Source: Anolis carolinensis
Lineage: Eukaryota
Assembly (NCBI RefSeq): GCF_035594765.1
Contig: NC_085842.1
Location: forward strand, 295,105,749-295,169,748
Reading direction: 5' to 3'
Length of the DNA: 64,000 nt
The position numbers and the translations under genes were made by a program. This document shows positions 38,525-52,494 of the stretch, one piece after another (position 1 is the first letter of the stretch; each line of letters begins with the position of its first letter). The notes below the pieces were generated by a model. It was not told the origin of the DNA. It saw only the letters and a program-made list of their open reading frames with translations, and did not search any database.

Positions 38525-38747
38525 ATTATTTTAATGATGTTTTTATACTTTATTGTTTTAATTGTATATTAGCTTGTTATAGCTTTACCTGCATTTTAAA
38601 TGTGTTTTATTTGTTAACTCTGTTATCATTAGGCTTGGTCCCGCTTGTAAGCTGCCCCGAGTCCCTTCGGGGAGATGGTGGCAGGATATAAAAATAAAGT
38701 TGTGATGATGATGATGATGATGAGGATTATTATTATTATTATTATTA
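38525..38747 (+). mobile_element. L2 3' tail inserted in CR1
   Basis: GCTGCCCCGAGTCCCTTCGGGGAGATGGTGGCAGG followed by (GAT)n(ATT)n. Confidence 0.85.
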
Positions 38748-39351
38748 CCAGCAAACTGAAAAAGGACAAATGCATTTGCCTTTAAAAAGAGGATCCAAAA
38801 AATTACCGCCTAATCAGCCTGACATCAATAACAAGAAAGATTCTAGAGGAGATAATTAAACCAGCAGTCTATAAGCACCTAGGAATTCTGTGATCACTAA
38901 GAGTTAACATGAATTTCTCAAAAACAAGTCATGACAGCCCATTCTTATCAGTTTTTTGATAGAGTTGCAGATTGGTAGATGTCAAACGTGCTGTGGATGT
39001 AGGGTATCTTGATTTTAATAAGGCCTTTGACCAACATACACAGCTCCCCATGATATTCTTGCAAACAAGCTATTCAAATGTGGGCTAGACATTAGGTATT
39101 GGTTAGGTATTGGTTTACTAGCCAAACACAAAGGCTCCTCCTCATGCTGAAGAGAAGTGACCAGTGTGGTGCCACAGGGTTCTGTTCTGGGCCTAGTGCT
39201 ATTCAACATCTTTCTTAATGACTTGGGTGATAGAATAGAAAGCATGCTTATATTTAAAAGGACCTTAACAGATTAGAGAGCTGGATCAAAACTAATAAAA
39301 ATAATTTTAACAGGGAGAAATGTAAGATAGTGCACTGGCAAAAAATAAATA

Positions 39352-39744
39352 CAGTGTTCCCTCGCTACTTCACGGTTCATTTTTCGCTCCCTCGCTGTTT
39401 TGCGGGTTTTCAATAAATATTAATGTAACCATTTATCATGGTATTTTTGCTGTTTCACAGGTTTTTGCGATGTGCAAAGGGTTTTGGAAGGGAGGAAAGG
39501 GAGAAATAAAGGAAGAGGGGGGAGGGTAGAGAAGGGTTGGAAATAAAAAAGGGTTATTTAGCTTCCATTCTTCTTCTCTGCTGGTGTACTGTATATTGTA
39601 ACTGCTAAAATAAAGTACAGACTGCATTGTTGTAAGTAGTCTGTGGTTTGCTCTCCTCCACACATAGAATAAATATAGTGTCCCTACTTAGTGGATTTTC
39701 ACTTATTGCGGATGGTCCTGGAACGTAACAGTGAGGGAACACTG
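39352..39744. mobile_element. Tigger/pogo-like MITE nested in CR1
   Basis: TA-CAGTGTTCCCTC...GAGGGAACACTG-TA. Confidence 0.9.
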
Positions 39745-40779
39745 TACCCTCAAAATGAAATGCACAGATATAGGATAGGGTCTCTTCCAATGCTTTGATT
39801 ATATGAAAATTGGTTTATTAATGAGGTCACAGCATCCATAGCTTTGTTATACTCTGAGGGAAAAAAGGATATAATATTGACTATTTTTCTATCCAGCAAA
39901 TTAGGATAATTTCCATTGTACTGTGTGTGTTTCTAAATATTTATGTGTGTATTTATGAATGTAAGAAAAAAATTGTGATGTTTGAAATCAGCCTACAGAG
40001 GGCATTATAATACTTTGCTGTTGTTATTGTGTAAGCCACTGTTCTACAGTATCGAAGACTATATACAGCTGAGTAGGTTCATATTTTTCTAAAAAGAATA
40101 ATCTAGTAGGACAAAATCTCCCCTATTGTGTGCTACTAATATGCATAAAGAAGGGAGGGAGGGAATCACTGTATATCAATGAGACATCTGAACAATGCTT
40201 AATTTTACAGGGAAGAGAAACAATGTGTATACAAATCACTATATATGTGAATAGAATATTTTTGTTAGTTATAAGAAAATGCATAATGTAGAAATCCCCC
40301 TAGGTGAGGGCATAAGTGCCACTGTCTTCAGATATGAGGTGCCAAGAATTTTCTTGATTGCATTTCTTTCAAATCACTCTTGACATGAAGACAGATTGTG
40401 TGCTAAAAACAGCTGCTGTGTTCCTCAAACTACAACATATGCGGAATGCTAATTTGTTGGATTAATGCTTCCAAAATCTGGATCCACAGATATTGATAGC
40501 ACTCTACCTGAGCCTGACTTGAACCTGAAATTCTGTGACTCATTTCAGATTTAGAGGAAAACCCATCCTCCGGGGCTGGTGCAGAAATTCTCCAGTGCTG
40601 CCAAGTGAGTCAGGAAAAGGAATGTCAAATTCTGTGGTGCGAATTCCCTCCTTTTCCCCTCAGGGTTGTAATGTTGGAAGAAAAAAAAAAACTGCCAACT
40701 TCCACGCTGTTTTGCATCTGATATTTTTCAATCTCCACATGTAACTGCTATTCTGTGGGCTGAAAATACCTCCAAGTTG

Positions 40780-43256
40780 TCCTGAACAAATCACTTTCTG
40801 GTCAGGGCTAGTATCACAGCTACAACTAACCCCTGCAGGGGTGGACCTATTAAAATGATCTGCTCTCGAAGGCTAATGGATCCTTTGAGATTCCAGGAGG
40901 CCTTAGAGGGCTCTATGGCTGGCATAACTGACTATCTTGTTGAATCCCTGGTCAATAATTGGAATAAAAATCTAACCAGATCTATCAAAACAGTTGCTCC
41001 CATATGTCCTCTCCGAATTGTTACAAATCATGCTCCCGGTATACAAAGACCCTCAGGGGAAATGAAATGGCAAGAACAACTAGAGTGCAGATAGTGGAAA
41101 ACCTGACTTTTATGTGACAAGACAAGATATATTGCCTCATCACACTCGAGCATGAATCCTCTTTAAATCTGATTTCTGCCTCCTGCAGAATTTTGGGGGT
41201 TGTAGTTTGGTGAGGCCCAGGACCTGTCTGGCTGAGCTGTTTAAAGCCCCCTCCCTAAAGCGGATTTAAAGTGGATATAAATTGGATCCAAGCTCTAGTG
41301 TGATGAGGTCCATAGAGGATGTTTTCGCCCCTATAAGGTGGCAATACACGTAGCGAAGAAAGCTGTCTTCTCTGCACACATGGCACCTGCAGATTCATGT
41401 CCAGCTGAGCTGTTCAGAGTAATGAGAGGCTAAATTCAGGTGCCCTCCCCTCCAAACCCATTGCTATGTCTTTAATAAACTTTTTGCAGATAAAATCTCA
41501 CACAAAAAATGACTTAGATGATTTTATTGGAGCAGAAGTCAACGGCTAGGTGTCCAGCAACTCTGTGAGTAGGATTACACTGGATCAGTTTCAATTAGTA
41601 AGTACTGTTGATGTGGACAAGCTGCTAGGGCAAGTAAGGAGGAAAACCTGCATTCTTTATCCCTGTCCTTCTTCGCTGATCATCCAGGGAGAGAATGCAG
41701 TGAAATCTCAAATAAAATAAATTATCAGTGCATTTCGCAGGGAAGGGAATTTTCCACCTTGTTTAGAAGAAGTAGTAGTTAGACCACTGCTGAAAAACCC
41801 TGGATCCCTTGGACCTTAATAATTACAGACCAGTGTCTAACCTTCTTTTTTTGGGGCAAGGTGTTTGAGAAGGTGGTTGCTCTCTAATTCCAGACATACT
41901 TCCTTGACCTATTTCAAACTGGCTTCAGAGCAGGATACGGAGTTGAGACTGCTTGGTCGCCTTAGTGGATGATCTTCATCTTAACATGGACAAGGAGTGT
42001 TTATCCCTGTTGGTGCATTTAGATTTCTCAGCTGCTTTTGATACCATCAACCATGGTGTCCTTCTGGAATGTCTTGAGGGTTTAGGAATCAGAGGTACTG
42101 TGTTGCTATGGTTCCAGCTGTACCTCTCAGACAGCTTCCAAATGGTGGTGCTTGGGGATAGCAGCTGCTCAAAATAGGAGATGTTATATAGCATCCCACA
42201 AATTGCCATTCTATCCCCAATGCTTTTTAACATTGGCATGAAACAGCTGGGAGAGATCATATGGAGGCGTGGGGCGGGGTGCTACAAATATATTTCTCCA
42301 TGCCTTCAAAATCAGCTCTTGCTAACATGTTCTCTGAAGGAAGCAATGGGCTGGATGAGGAAGAACAAATTGGAACTGAATCCAGACAAAACAGAAGTGC
42401 TTGCCATGAAGAGTCCTAATCTGCGGATGGAGATATGTCAGCCAGGTCTGGATGGGGTTACACTCCTTCTGAAAGACTGTGTTCACAGTTCCAAGACTGT
42501 AGGAATGCTCCTGGATCTGTCTCTTCAAATGTCAGCTCTGATAGATGTGATGGTCAGGAATGCTTACTACCAGCTTCGGCTGACCTGCCAGCTGTCCCCC
42601 TTCCTAGAATCCGAGGACCTGAAGATGGTAGTACATGCACTGGTAACCTCAAGGTTGGGCTTCTGCAATGCGCTTTACATTGGGCTACCTCTGTACCAAG
42701 TTTAGAAACTCCAATTTGTTCAAAATGCAGCAGCCAGATTGGTCACAGGAACACCAAGGAATAAGCATGTTACACCTATTCTAAAGTCGCTCCACTGGTT
42801 GCCAGTTTTTTTCTGGGCAAAGTACAAAGCGTTGGTTTTGAGTTTTAAAGCTAGGGCTTGGGTCCAGGTTACCTGCAGGATTGCCCTCTCCCCTACAATT
42901 TGCCCCAAACACTTAGGTCCTCTGAGGGGCATATATTCTAACCTGCCAGAACCTGACTGGCAACTGTTAGCCAGAGGACCTTCTCAGCAGCTGCCCCAAG
43001 ACTGTGGAATGACTTGCTGGAAGAGCTCCGACAGCTAGATCAGCTGTCAGAATTTAAGACACAACTGAAGATCCATCTCTTCTGGCAAATCTACACAGTC
43101 AATTTTAAGTTGTGCATTTTAATCTGCACTTTATCCATGGATTTTAACTCATATTTTAACTCTGTGTATGTATTTGTATGTCTTTTAACCGCATTATATT
43201 TCTTGCTTTAATGATGTTGTATCCCGCCTCAACCCACAGGGAGAGGCAGGTATTAA

Positions 43257-43307
<51 letters not shown>

Positions 43308-43325
43308 CATCATCATCATCATCAC
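40780..43325 (+). mobile_element. ~2.5-kb degenerate L2 LINE (end of APE, RT, 3' tail)
   Basis: ORF pieces 'NYRPVSNL', 'LDFSAAFDTINHGVLL', 'LELNPDKTEVL', 'LVTSRLGFCNAL' and 'HVTPILKSLHWLPV'; (ATT)n tail. Confidence 0.95.
41133..41310. mobile_element. Harbinger-like MITE nested in L2
   Basis: GCCTCATCACACTCGAG...CTCTAGTGTGATGAGGTC. Confidence 0.85.
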
Positions 43326-43501
43326 TAAGTGCATTCTTAAAAAACTGCCTGCAAATTGCAGACTCATTTAATGTATTGAAGATTTGACTTTTAGAAATGT
43401 GTGATTGAATGTATGAGCTTTACATACATGTGGAGATTCAAAGTAGATTTAATGAAGAGGGGTGCTATAGAGATGCTGAATCTTTCCCTCATCCTTTACT
43501 T

Positions 43502-43843
43502 CAGCAGTTCCCAAACATTTTCAGTCATGAAAACCTTTAGAAAACTTTTTTCCTGCTAAATCCTACATCTGTCTCTGATTTTCTGACAGAACCTTTACCC
43601 TGCCCCTAGACATTTTGAACCTACCAAGTTCTTCTTTCTTTCCTCTTTTGTATAATGTAGTAGGTTTAGAAATAAAGAGATTAAAATTTCATCTGTAAAG
43701 CTGAGGTTCACTAAATTTTAATAAGATCTTTATGCTCGGGCACAGGCTTTAAAAAAGCTTTTTAAAAAATTAGGATTTTTCATGGAACCTCTGATGATTT
43801 TGTGGAATCTAGGGTTCAGAGGAACACAGTTTGGGAATGGCTG
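43502..43843. mobile_element. hAT-Charlie non-autonomous element
   Basis: TIRs CAGCAGTTCCCAAAC / GTTTGGGAATGGCTG; TSD CTTTACTT/CTTTACTG. Confidence 0.8.
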
Positions 43844-46429
43844 CTTTACTGTTAACCTTTGCTTAGATTTTACCAGAGCTGGGTCAATGATCAGAATTAA
43901 AGGTTAGAAAGGAGTGTGACTATGATAGATATGGAGAGATAGATTCAGCATCAAACATACAGCACTACCAGGCCACAGAAAAGTTCCTCTTTCAAAATTT
44001 AGCTCCCAGAATCTCACAGCCAATGGCCATATGGGTGGGTTGGGTGCTAGAAGTTCAGTCTAAGAAAGTAACTCTTCTGGGCTCAGCTCCTTTCCCACTG
44101 ACCACTTTTTTTTAAAACAATCTCTGTGTGATGTTGAGTTCAGTTGTACTTCTAGGCTACATTTTATTATCACTTTGTTTTATTTTGTATTTGTAACCTA
44201 TCCTAAAATCACAAGTTACAAACACTAAACACAAAAATGAATTATACAATTAATACGCATTTTGGAGAGTCCACCAGTAAATACAATAATGGGCCAGTGA
44301 TTTAATCCAAATGCACAGCTGCAACATATTTCCTACTAATGCTGCAGGATGGACTGAAGTGAAATATTTTATACTTTGGATTAAATGTTTGGTATTTAAG
44401 GTGAGTGTGAGCCCCATAGCAGCTGTTCTGTAGATCAAAATGATAGCTTCTTTGCTTAGGATTACACAAGTCCCTTTTGCTTATTCTTCGCAACACCATT
44501 CTGATATTTGTAGGGCCAGATAAATTGCAAATATTTGTATAGCATTAGGCAAGTACTAGGCAACAAAGCTTTCTTTCTTTATCATATTTCTGCACAATAT
44601 AAATTACTGATAGGCAAGTATCATCAATAGCTTATTTGCATAGTGTTATCTCAATTATTCAAATATGTACTTATAGCTTATTAAAATTATTTTCTCATTA
44701 CTTGCTGGTAAGCAGACGAAGAATCTACTAACTCAAGCAGTAACCAAGAATTCATATATGCTATGAGATGTCATATCAGTAGGCTAGGATTTTGTTGTAA
44801 AGAAATATCTTAGATCTCTGAAAAGTCATTGTAGATGTCTAAGTAAGAAGTAGACTGTGTTTCATGAGCAAAAGATGAAAACTCAAATGATATAGAATTA
44901 ACTGGAGGATAGATGTGATTAAAATAATTTGGTGGGTCTTGCATAGATTGAATCTGGAAAAATGAGAGCAAGTCATATTTGCATAGCACATTGATAATAC
45001 AATTGTGTAGTCAGATAAAGAATAAAATAATAAATAAATTGAAATCTATATAGGTTAAATTCAGGACACACCTTGGTACCATAAGATCCATTTATTTGTC
45101 TTTTTGGTGGTTCATGCTATCTGCAAATCCCTTCCAGCATCTATAACTATTTCTTACTTACATCCTCAGTTTTGATAGATGACTGAACCAAGCTTGTTTT
45201 ATTGTGTATTTCAATCCATATACCTTTGCTATAGAGGTCCTTCATTTCAGCAGGAAGTTGTAGATGCATGTTCATAGGGACTGCTAATGCAGCCTAGAGC
45301 TATAAATTACTCTGTGGAGCCAATAAGTCCCAGTCTCTTTTGTAAGCCAAAAGTCTAGAAACATAAAATGTCAGTCAGATCGGGATGTGCTGAAGAAAAG
45401 CTGGATTCCATTTCTCTGTGATATAGGACTCAAAACAAAAATGTTAGAGCTAGCAAAGAATGCCTCCACCTTGAAGGAGTACAAATGTTGCTTTCTGCAT
45501 CTGAACTGCATTTGCAGTTCTTCCATAATGACCGATTAATTATCAAGAACAGGTGGAGCAGTTCCCACTGAGCATCAGGTATCTGTAGTTTGCTCTTATG
45601 CTGGGCTATTCCTCAAAGACAGTCGCACTGCTGTCATCTCAGAGGGAGGTGGAACATAGAAATGGTCTCAGCTTAACATCACATAGAAAGCCTCAAGGTC
45701 CAACAGAAGCATTTGGAGCCTGGCATGTTCAGGAAAGCTGTGCAGTGGTCATTTCTCTATCACAGCATAGTTGTAGCACAAAATCAGCTGGCATGCTTTC
45801 CTGAGAGCCTGCCTATCTAGTGTTGGATGTTGTTATTTGCTACAGTTGGGGAGTAGCCAGAAGCTTATACAGAGGAGTGGCAAGGGGAAGAGCCTGCTCA
45901 GCCATCCTCACCTGATATTCTGAACAAGACTGGCAGATGTTCCATGGAGCCCACACCAACAATTGCCAGAGGTAGCAAAATGCGGGTGAGATTTTTTGGA
46001 GCAGCAGCATTGGTCCACCCAGCAGGTGGGAGGAAAATGAGTCACCATCTCTCACCCTACTATCACCTGGGGCAAAGTATTCTGTTCATGGCAGTGCCAA
46101 CCTTGAGCCTATGGGTGAACAGTTGGACAGGAAAAGATGGTATGTGCAATTTTGGAACTGGCCAAACTGTTCAGATGGGCCCGAAGTCGGGAGATATTCT
46201 GAATTCTTGGCCAGAATTTGGATTGTCCTCCAACTTTGGTTAAAGTGGAGTTCTTGTGGGATTTGGCCACCACTGGGTGATCAAGGCCTATTCTGAGCTA
46301 AATGGTCAGTACAGACATTCCCTAGCACTTGGAAGGGCAGCTATGAAGGACCCTGAAGTGTAAATATATGTTTTTAGTAATAAAGTAAGGACTGACCATG
46401 ACATCGTATTCCCAATTTATTTGCATTTT

Positions 46430-46828
46430 TGTGACAGCTGAATGAGGAAAGTTGGTAGGAAGAAAATCAATTTTACTTGAAATGTGGTGTCAACAAAAAG
46501 TTCTACAGATAATGTCAAAAAGACAAATATTTTCTGGAGAAAATCAAGTCTGAACTGTTCCTAGAAATCAAGGTGACTAAACAGAGGCCATTGTACATTG
46601 GTCATATCATAAGAAGATATGGCTCATTAGAAAGGATAATGTTTGATTAGATAGAAGGCAGTAGAAAAAGAAGAGAACTGTATTACAGAAGTATAGACTC
46701 AATAAAGAGAGCCATGGTCCTGAATTTGCAAGATCTAAGCAGAGCTGTTGATGGTAGAGTGATTTGGAGGTCTTTTATTAATTGGATAATCATAAGTCAA
46801 AGTCAAGTTGATGGCAATTAAGAAGAAT
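46430..46828 (+). mobile_element. RTE/BovB-like LINE 3' end
   Basis: Remnant 'LYIGHIIRRYGSLERIM...EGSRKR' and a BovB-type 3' end. Confidence 0.8.
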
Positions 46829-48189
46829 TACACATGGACGTGACCATAGGATTGCAACAATAGTTTCTAAATTGCTTTGTTTACTTAAGAGTTTGTTTCA
46901 TCCAGTTCAATAGGTCTTACTTCTGAGTAAATCTAATTAAGCATGAATTGTTAAGATCATCATTTTGAAATTCTCTGTTTTACTATTTAAATGGACAGTT
47001 GGTAACTAGTCAAACTTTTTAAAATAGTATTTTATTGGTGGAAATCCTTTTCTCTTCTTACTAATCTTCCTGGTAACTAAATGGTTGATGGCAGAGGAAT
47101 AATAGGAGAAAATCTTGTTTAGCCATTAATTGTTAATTTGGAATATAGAAGAGGTGAATAATGTGTTAAAAGACACATACATATTCTGTTTCCATGCATA
47201 TCAATTATCCTAAATTAGGAAGTAAATCCATGGAAGGTGATATTACATTAATAACTGGATAACATGCATATTTAAAAACAAGGCAGCCAGTCTCCACAGA
47301 AAATGCAAATTTAATTTTCAACAGTTGATACACCATGTGCCTTGAAATTGATATACATTAACAATAGGTTTTGCTGACCTAACATTTCTAAAATGTCTTT
47401 ATTTTGCTTATGCAGTAAGCAACATTTGTGCCACAACTTAGTTATTCTAAACTTAGGAACAACAGCTGATATTCACACATTATATTCACTAAGGACAATG
47501 AATAATCACAATTGTTCTGCTATGGAGCTGCACCAATATGCTACACATGTATTTTAATGAGTAACCTTATGCACAGTGGCAGCCATGGGTCAAAAATTGA
47601 GTTCATAATAATTTTTCCTAACACAATGATATTGTCCAAGATTTCTAGTTGCCTCACATTTTGCAGTTATGTCATTTTTTCAAAAGTAAAAAAAAGAATC
47701 CAGGCTATATTCTGTATACCCAAGCTATGATCATTAGACCAATTTCTTTGATAACAATATGGATAAAAGATTAAGAACATCAGAATGCACAGTCCCCTAC
47801 CTAGTACCATATTAGACATAAAATTCAAGGTCTTTAATCATCTTGTTATAATGCAATTCAAATCTTTTAATAGATGTCTTCCCTTTCACTATACTCTACA
47901 TAAAAATATTCCTTACCTTGTTAATCAAAGCACTTAACAAAAGGTTGATGAGAAATTCTTACTGGCACACCTGTTGGCATTATCTTTGCAAAGACTAACA
48001 CATTTCTAATATGTTGGTACATTTCATGACCAAAATCGCTAAAGTGTATTTATTGCTCCATTAAGGGCTTTTACTGTTCAAAACGGATAGAGCATTCAGT
48101 TAACCAAGTCACCATGAGCTTTGCATGGTTGGGCTTTGCATGACTATGTTTAGAACTATATTAGGAAATCTGTGTGGATGAGGGACCAA

Positions 48190-48790
48190 GACACAATAAT
48201 ATAATATTTATTTTCCCTTCCTGCTTTGTCTATTTGATGTATGTTCTGTTTTTATATAGAGACTCTTTTTATCAGTTTGATTGTTTGCCCATTTGTGTCC
48301 ACATTGGACCTTTTAATGCTGTGGATGATTATTTATATTTCCTGCTCTTAATTATGTTTTCTTAAACTATTACTAGTTTAATTTGTTTTTAAATGTGATG
48401 CTTGTTGTTTTAACTGTTTGATTTTATGATGTTATGGGATTTGTATTGGGCTTGTCACCATGTGAGCCTCTCCGAGTCCCCGTTGGGGAGATGGAGGCGG
48501 CATACAAAAATGTTGTTGTTGTTGTTTTTATAACTTTATTCTTATAACCTGCCACCATCTCCCCGAAGGGACTCAGGGCAGTTTACATGGAGACCAAGCC
48601 CAATAAACAAGGAGTTCAAAATACAAGAGTTAAAACATAGAACAATATAAATTAAAACCATTCAGCAATTCACGGATACAACAGATTAAAACACATCTAA
48701 AAACATCAGACTGGAAGTGGGACTATTGAGGATTATATGGGAAGGGCAGGGCTTGTGCAAAACAAGGCCCATCTTCCTAAATGTGCAATG
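48190..48790. mobile_element. Two L2 3' tails in tail-to-tail orientation
   Basis: Stem-loops at ~48465-48500 (+) and ~48548-48582 (-), joined at (GTT)n. Confidence 0.75.
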
Positions 48791-48974
48791 AATGTACTGC
48801 ATCTCATGTCCTCCCCCACTCAACCAGTGTTTTGGCTATATGATGTTATGAACAATATCATGGCCTATATCCAGTGGTTAGTTCAATGATGGCAGTCAGC
48901 TGAAACCACAGACTTTACATAAATATTTACAAAGTCCTAATGGATTCAGTTGGTCCACTGTGGTTGGGACTAAA

Positions 48975-49160
48975 GAGCCAGTGTGATGTAGTGGTTTGAG
49001 CGCTGGATTACAACTCTAGATTCGAGGGTTCAAATCCCCACACGGCCATGGAAGCTTACTGAGTGACTTTGGGCAAGTCACATTCTCTCAGTCTCAGATG
49101 AAGGCAAAGGCAAGCTCCCTCTGAACAAATTTACAACACACACACACACACACACACACA
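48975..49160 (+). mobile_element. tRNA-derived SINE followed by (CA)n
   Basis: A and B boxes; homologous to 14047-14263. Confidence 0.8.
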
Positions 49161-49404
49161 AACAAGTTGCCTTGCTTTACATCAGAACCATCTGTTGGTG
49201 CCTCTTGGTGACTTTTAGGGCTTAAATCTCCATTCTCTCCATTTTTTTCAGTTGAGGGAAATTTTGGTCCCTATCTGGAGGGATTACTTTTGGGACCTCA
49301 TGCTTCTTTTAGAAAAGAGGAGAAAATCGTTAAAGTGGAAGTTGAAAGTCAAAGTCAAGAAAGTTACATTTCTCCAGATGTCTTTTAGGTTCAGCTAGAA
49401 TGTA

Positions 49405-49625
49405 CAGTAAGATCCTCTTATTCATAGATTTAATATCCATAGTTTCAGTTACCCACACTCCAAAAAATATCCCTCCCTTAAATGTTTGTGGGTCTTTCTG
49501 GTCCTCCAGTGCAATTCTATGATATGCTTCCAGATCAAATATAATCAAAATATAAGGTTTACTATAAGCTGTGGTTTCAGATAACTTCGGGAGGTTGTGG
49601 AACATATCCCCTATGGGGTTATTGT
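49405..49625. mobile_element. Decayed Tigger-like MITE
   Basis: TA-CAGTAAGATCCTC start and degenerate ...ATTG-TA end; shares internal motifs with 15006-15267. Confidence 0.5.
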
Positions 49626-51529
49626 AGGTTAAGAAAAGCTAGCCAAATTGGCACTCGCCTGAGTTTTTTCCTAATATGCAAAGTCAAGTAAGCTACTAGA
49701 AGTAAGAAGGCTTAATTCTAAAAACTTTTGTGCCCAAATGAGAAAAGTAAAATGAGATGTAAATGTATTTAAATGGCACAAATGAATTTACGTCTATAAA
49801 AGTTTGTGATTGATGCTAATTAGACAGCTTGAAAATAAAATTAGATAAATTCTTGGAGAGCAAAGGCAACAATGAGTACTGGTTATGTTGGCTATATTAT
49901 TGCCTCCACTATCCAACACACAGCAACCATCTCACAAAGGCTGCTTTTGCAACCCTCAGTCATTACACAACCCCCATCAAAACTAAATTTTGATTTACTG
50001 TTTTAGGAAGCATGTTGGTGCTGCTTGTTCTATAGTATATGAAAAATTGCCTGGTTACTCCCCCCAAGCAACACTAACCATAGAAAATCCCCAAATTACT
50101 CCACAAAAGCAGCATTTCAGGTGGAATTGTAGGATTTAATTGATAAATGTTGCACATCACACTGAAAAATCGTACTGATGAACAATTGAAATGCTAAAAA
50201 TGAATAATGTCACATTGTTTTACACAGAAAATAATTTTACAGATAAGATACTTACTTGCAACCTCTCACTTCCAAGTAGGTCTCATTTTACTGGAGCAAG
50301 ATATTCTGCAAAACTAAGCAAAACAAAATAGTTTTTTTATTTCTGGAAAAAATGTTTGAGGCTGCCCAGAAATTTGTCTTAGTGTCATAGCCTTTCCCCT
50401 TATTTCCCAAACACTGTTACACCACGGGGTGGGGAATTCAGTAATGCTCTAGTGTGCTGGAAGACCTGAATTTGCAATCCCTCTTCAGATTTTCCATTAC
50501 AAAGAGCACCATATCTTATTCATACTAGGCTTAACAGTACTTTGCTAAACAAGTCAGAACATGTGCTCACAATCCTGCCCAGGTAGCCATCCCTTATTGA
50601 AATGGCTAAGCAGTAGTGAATCCCACTCTGTCCACCTTTTGCACAGGATTTTTTAAACAGCTGCTTTACCCTTAACTATTAAAGTTAGAACATTATTCTT
50701 TAAGGACACCCTAAATTATCTGCTTCTATGTCATGTATGGAATAACAAGGAAATAGAAAAAAAACTTACAGTGGAACCATAAGGAATCAAGCATTTTTAC
50801 AAAATGCATTTGGAAACTTTGTTTGAAAGTTCCTTTTTACAAAAAAATATTTTCAGATTCAAGAATGAACAAACATAATGAAGAAGAACTGATTTTATAT
50901 GTAATGTTCATTACATTTAAAGTTTAATATGGATCATTGTAATTGCCTTCCCCACAAAATAAAATCTACAAATACTTTCTTGAGAACAGGCTTTATGTTG
51001 AAAGAGAAAAAAGTATGAAGACAGATATGCAGACTGTATGGTCTAAAAGTTTTTAAAGTTGACCAGCAATCACAATCAGTATATTCTTGCCTAAATGGAA
51101 AACTAGCCACAGGTCTAAAATTGCTGTGTGTGTGTTTTCAATCCATCTCTTGTATCTTCAAGAAAAACCGAACACCATCTCTATTGAAGAGATTGTTAGT
51201 TACCCCTCCAAGTTTTGTATCATCTGCAAATCTGATAAGATTTCTCATCATTTAAATCAGAGCTTTACAACTTTTTATGTTGGTGACATGTTTTTTAGAC
51301 ATGTATCCTTTCATGACACAGTAACTCAGTTTTACTGTCAAACTGGTTAAACCAACCACTTATAAGTTGTGTGTGTGTGTATACACATATACATGTGTGT
51401 GTATACATTTGATAATTTATATATAAGTTTCATATAATCTTTACTGTATAAATGAAGCTTGGATTTTTCCCCCTTTACACTTGTGTACTATAGTTGATTA
51501 TTGTGTAGTTTTCTCTATAGCTGCACCAG

Positions 51530-51796
51530 GGGGGCAGTGGGGTGAACCCATTGCCCCATCACCACACCCTTGCAGCGATGCTTCCCCTATCACACGTGAG
51601 AAGCGTCTCCCAAGTGGTGAGGATCCGTTGAAGCTAGCACAATACAGGCAGGCTTCCATGTTAGGAGGAAAGCATCATATGACTCTTCCACTCCAGTTGT
51701 GGGTGGGGCCTTGGCCAGACGTCCAGTGACATTGTGGGATGGGCATCGTGCCCATCCATCATTGGACACTTCCCGGGCTTCATCTGATGAGGTCCC
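51530..51796. mobile_element. Harbinger-like element fragment
   Basis: TCTGATGAGGTCCC end; inverted homology to ~470-548. Confidence 0.6.
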
Positions 51797-52467
51797 TAAT
51801 TAGAAACTTGTTAGAAGTATTAGAAAATATTGAAGAATATTGGCCCCTGTTTGGCACTCCATTTCAGACCTCCTTCCAGTTTGACACCAACTCATTGGGC
51901 CAGTTGACACCAACTCATTGAGCACAGTTTTAAAACAATGATGTTTCAATATATTCCATATTTATCCAGAAAAGGATACAGAATATAGATGTTAATGTTT
52001 ATGATAAGTCCCATATTTTGGAGAAGAAGCAGGTACGTGTAAAAAAGCATGAATGAATACCCCACAGTATTGTGTTAGATTAGTGTGCAACATCTTCCCA
52101 CGGTATCTGCACTGTATAAACCTTCTTGTGGGAATTCACTATTGACCATGCTTTCTGCTTGAGTTCTGCTTTCTACTTGAGTGTGTGGTTAAAAAAGGAG
52201 GAGGAGGAGGAGAAGGAGGAAAAGAAGAAGTATAAAAAGAAGCTATGTGGCTTTACAAACATTATATGGTAGAAACAGATGAATGGAAACCATTTATCAT
52301 GAAGACATATGAATTATGTGTGTGTGTGTGTGTTTGTTTTAGGTTTACTTTATGCTATATTGGCCATATATACGCTGACTAATCTGTTTGTAAAATGCAT
52401 CTGAAGAGGGTTTTCCAAGAAAAAAAGTTTCTGTAAATCTAAATAAGTAATCTCTCACTGGAGTGAG

Positions 52468-52494
52468 CGTCATCTGCAATCTGCAGTATAAATA
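52468..52494 (+). promoter_or_regulatory. CRE half-site plus TATA box of the downstream first exon
   Basis: CGTCA at 52468-52472 and TATAAATA at 52487-52494, ~390 bp upstream of the ATG, in repeat-free DNA. Confidence 0.6.

Larger units (their letters stand above)
37455..39785 (+). mobile_element. Degenerate CR1 ORF2 (RT) split by three later insertions
   Basis: Remnants read 'ELADIFTEPLAVIF', 'NYRLISLTSITRKILEEII', 'VDVGYLDFNKAFD' and 'SVVPQGSVLGLVLFNIFLNDL'. Confidence 0.88.

Noticed and set aside
41953-43038. Reverse transcriptase ORFs as a functional gene
   Set aside because: Multiple frameshifts and stops; dead L2 copy.
43881-43893. IR1 nuclear-receptor-like element GGGTCAATGATCA
   Set aside because: Single imperfect motif, expected by chance in 64 kb.
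44334-44406. TACTAAT...CAG and strong donor AAG|GTGAGT defining a 53-nt exon
   Set aside because: Branch point is too close to the AG, there is no pyrimidine tract, and the phase-2 frame contains a stop.
51989-52038. Short ORF MLMFMISPIFWRRS ending in phase 2 at CAG|GTACGT
   Set aside because: Overlaps sequence that resembles a decayed L2 3' tail next to CR1 remnants; likely coincidence.
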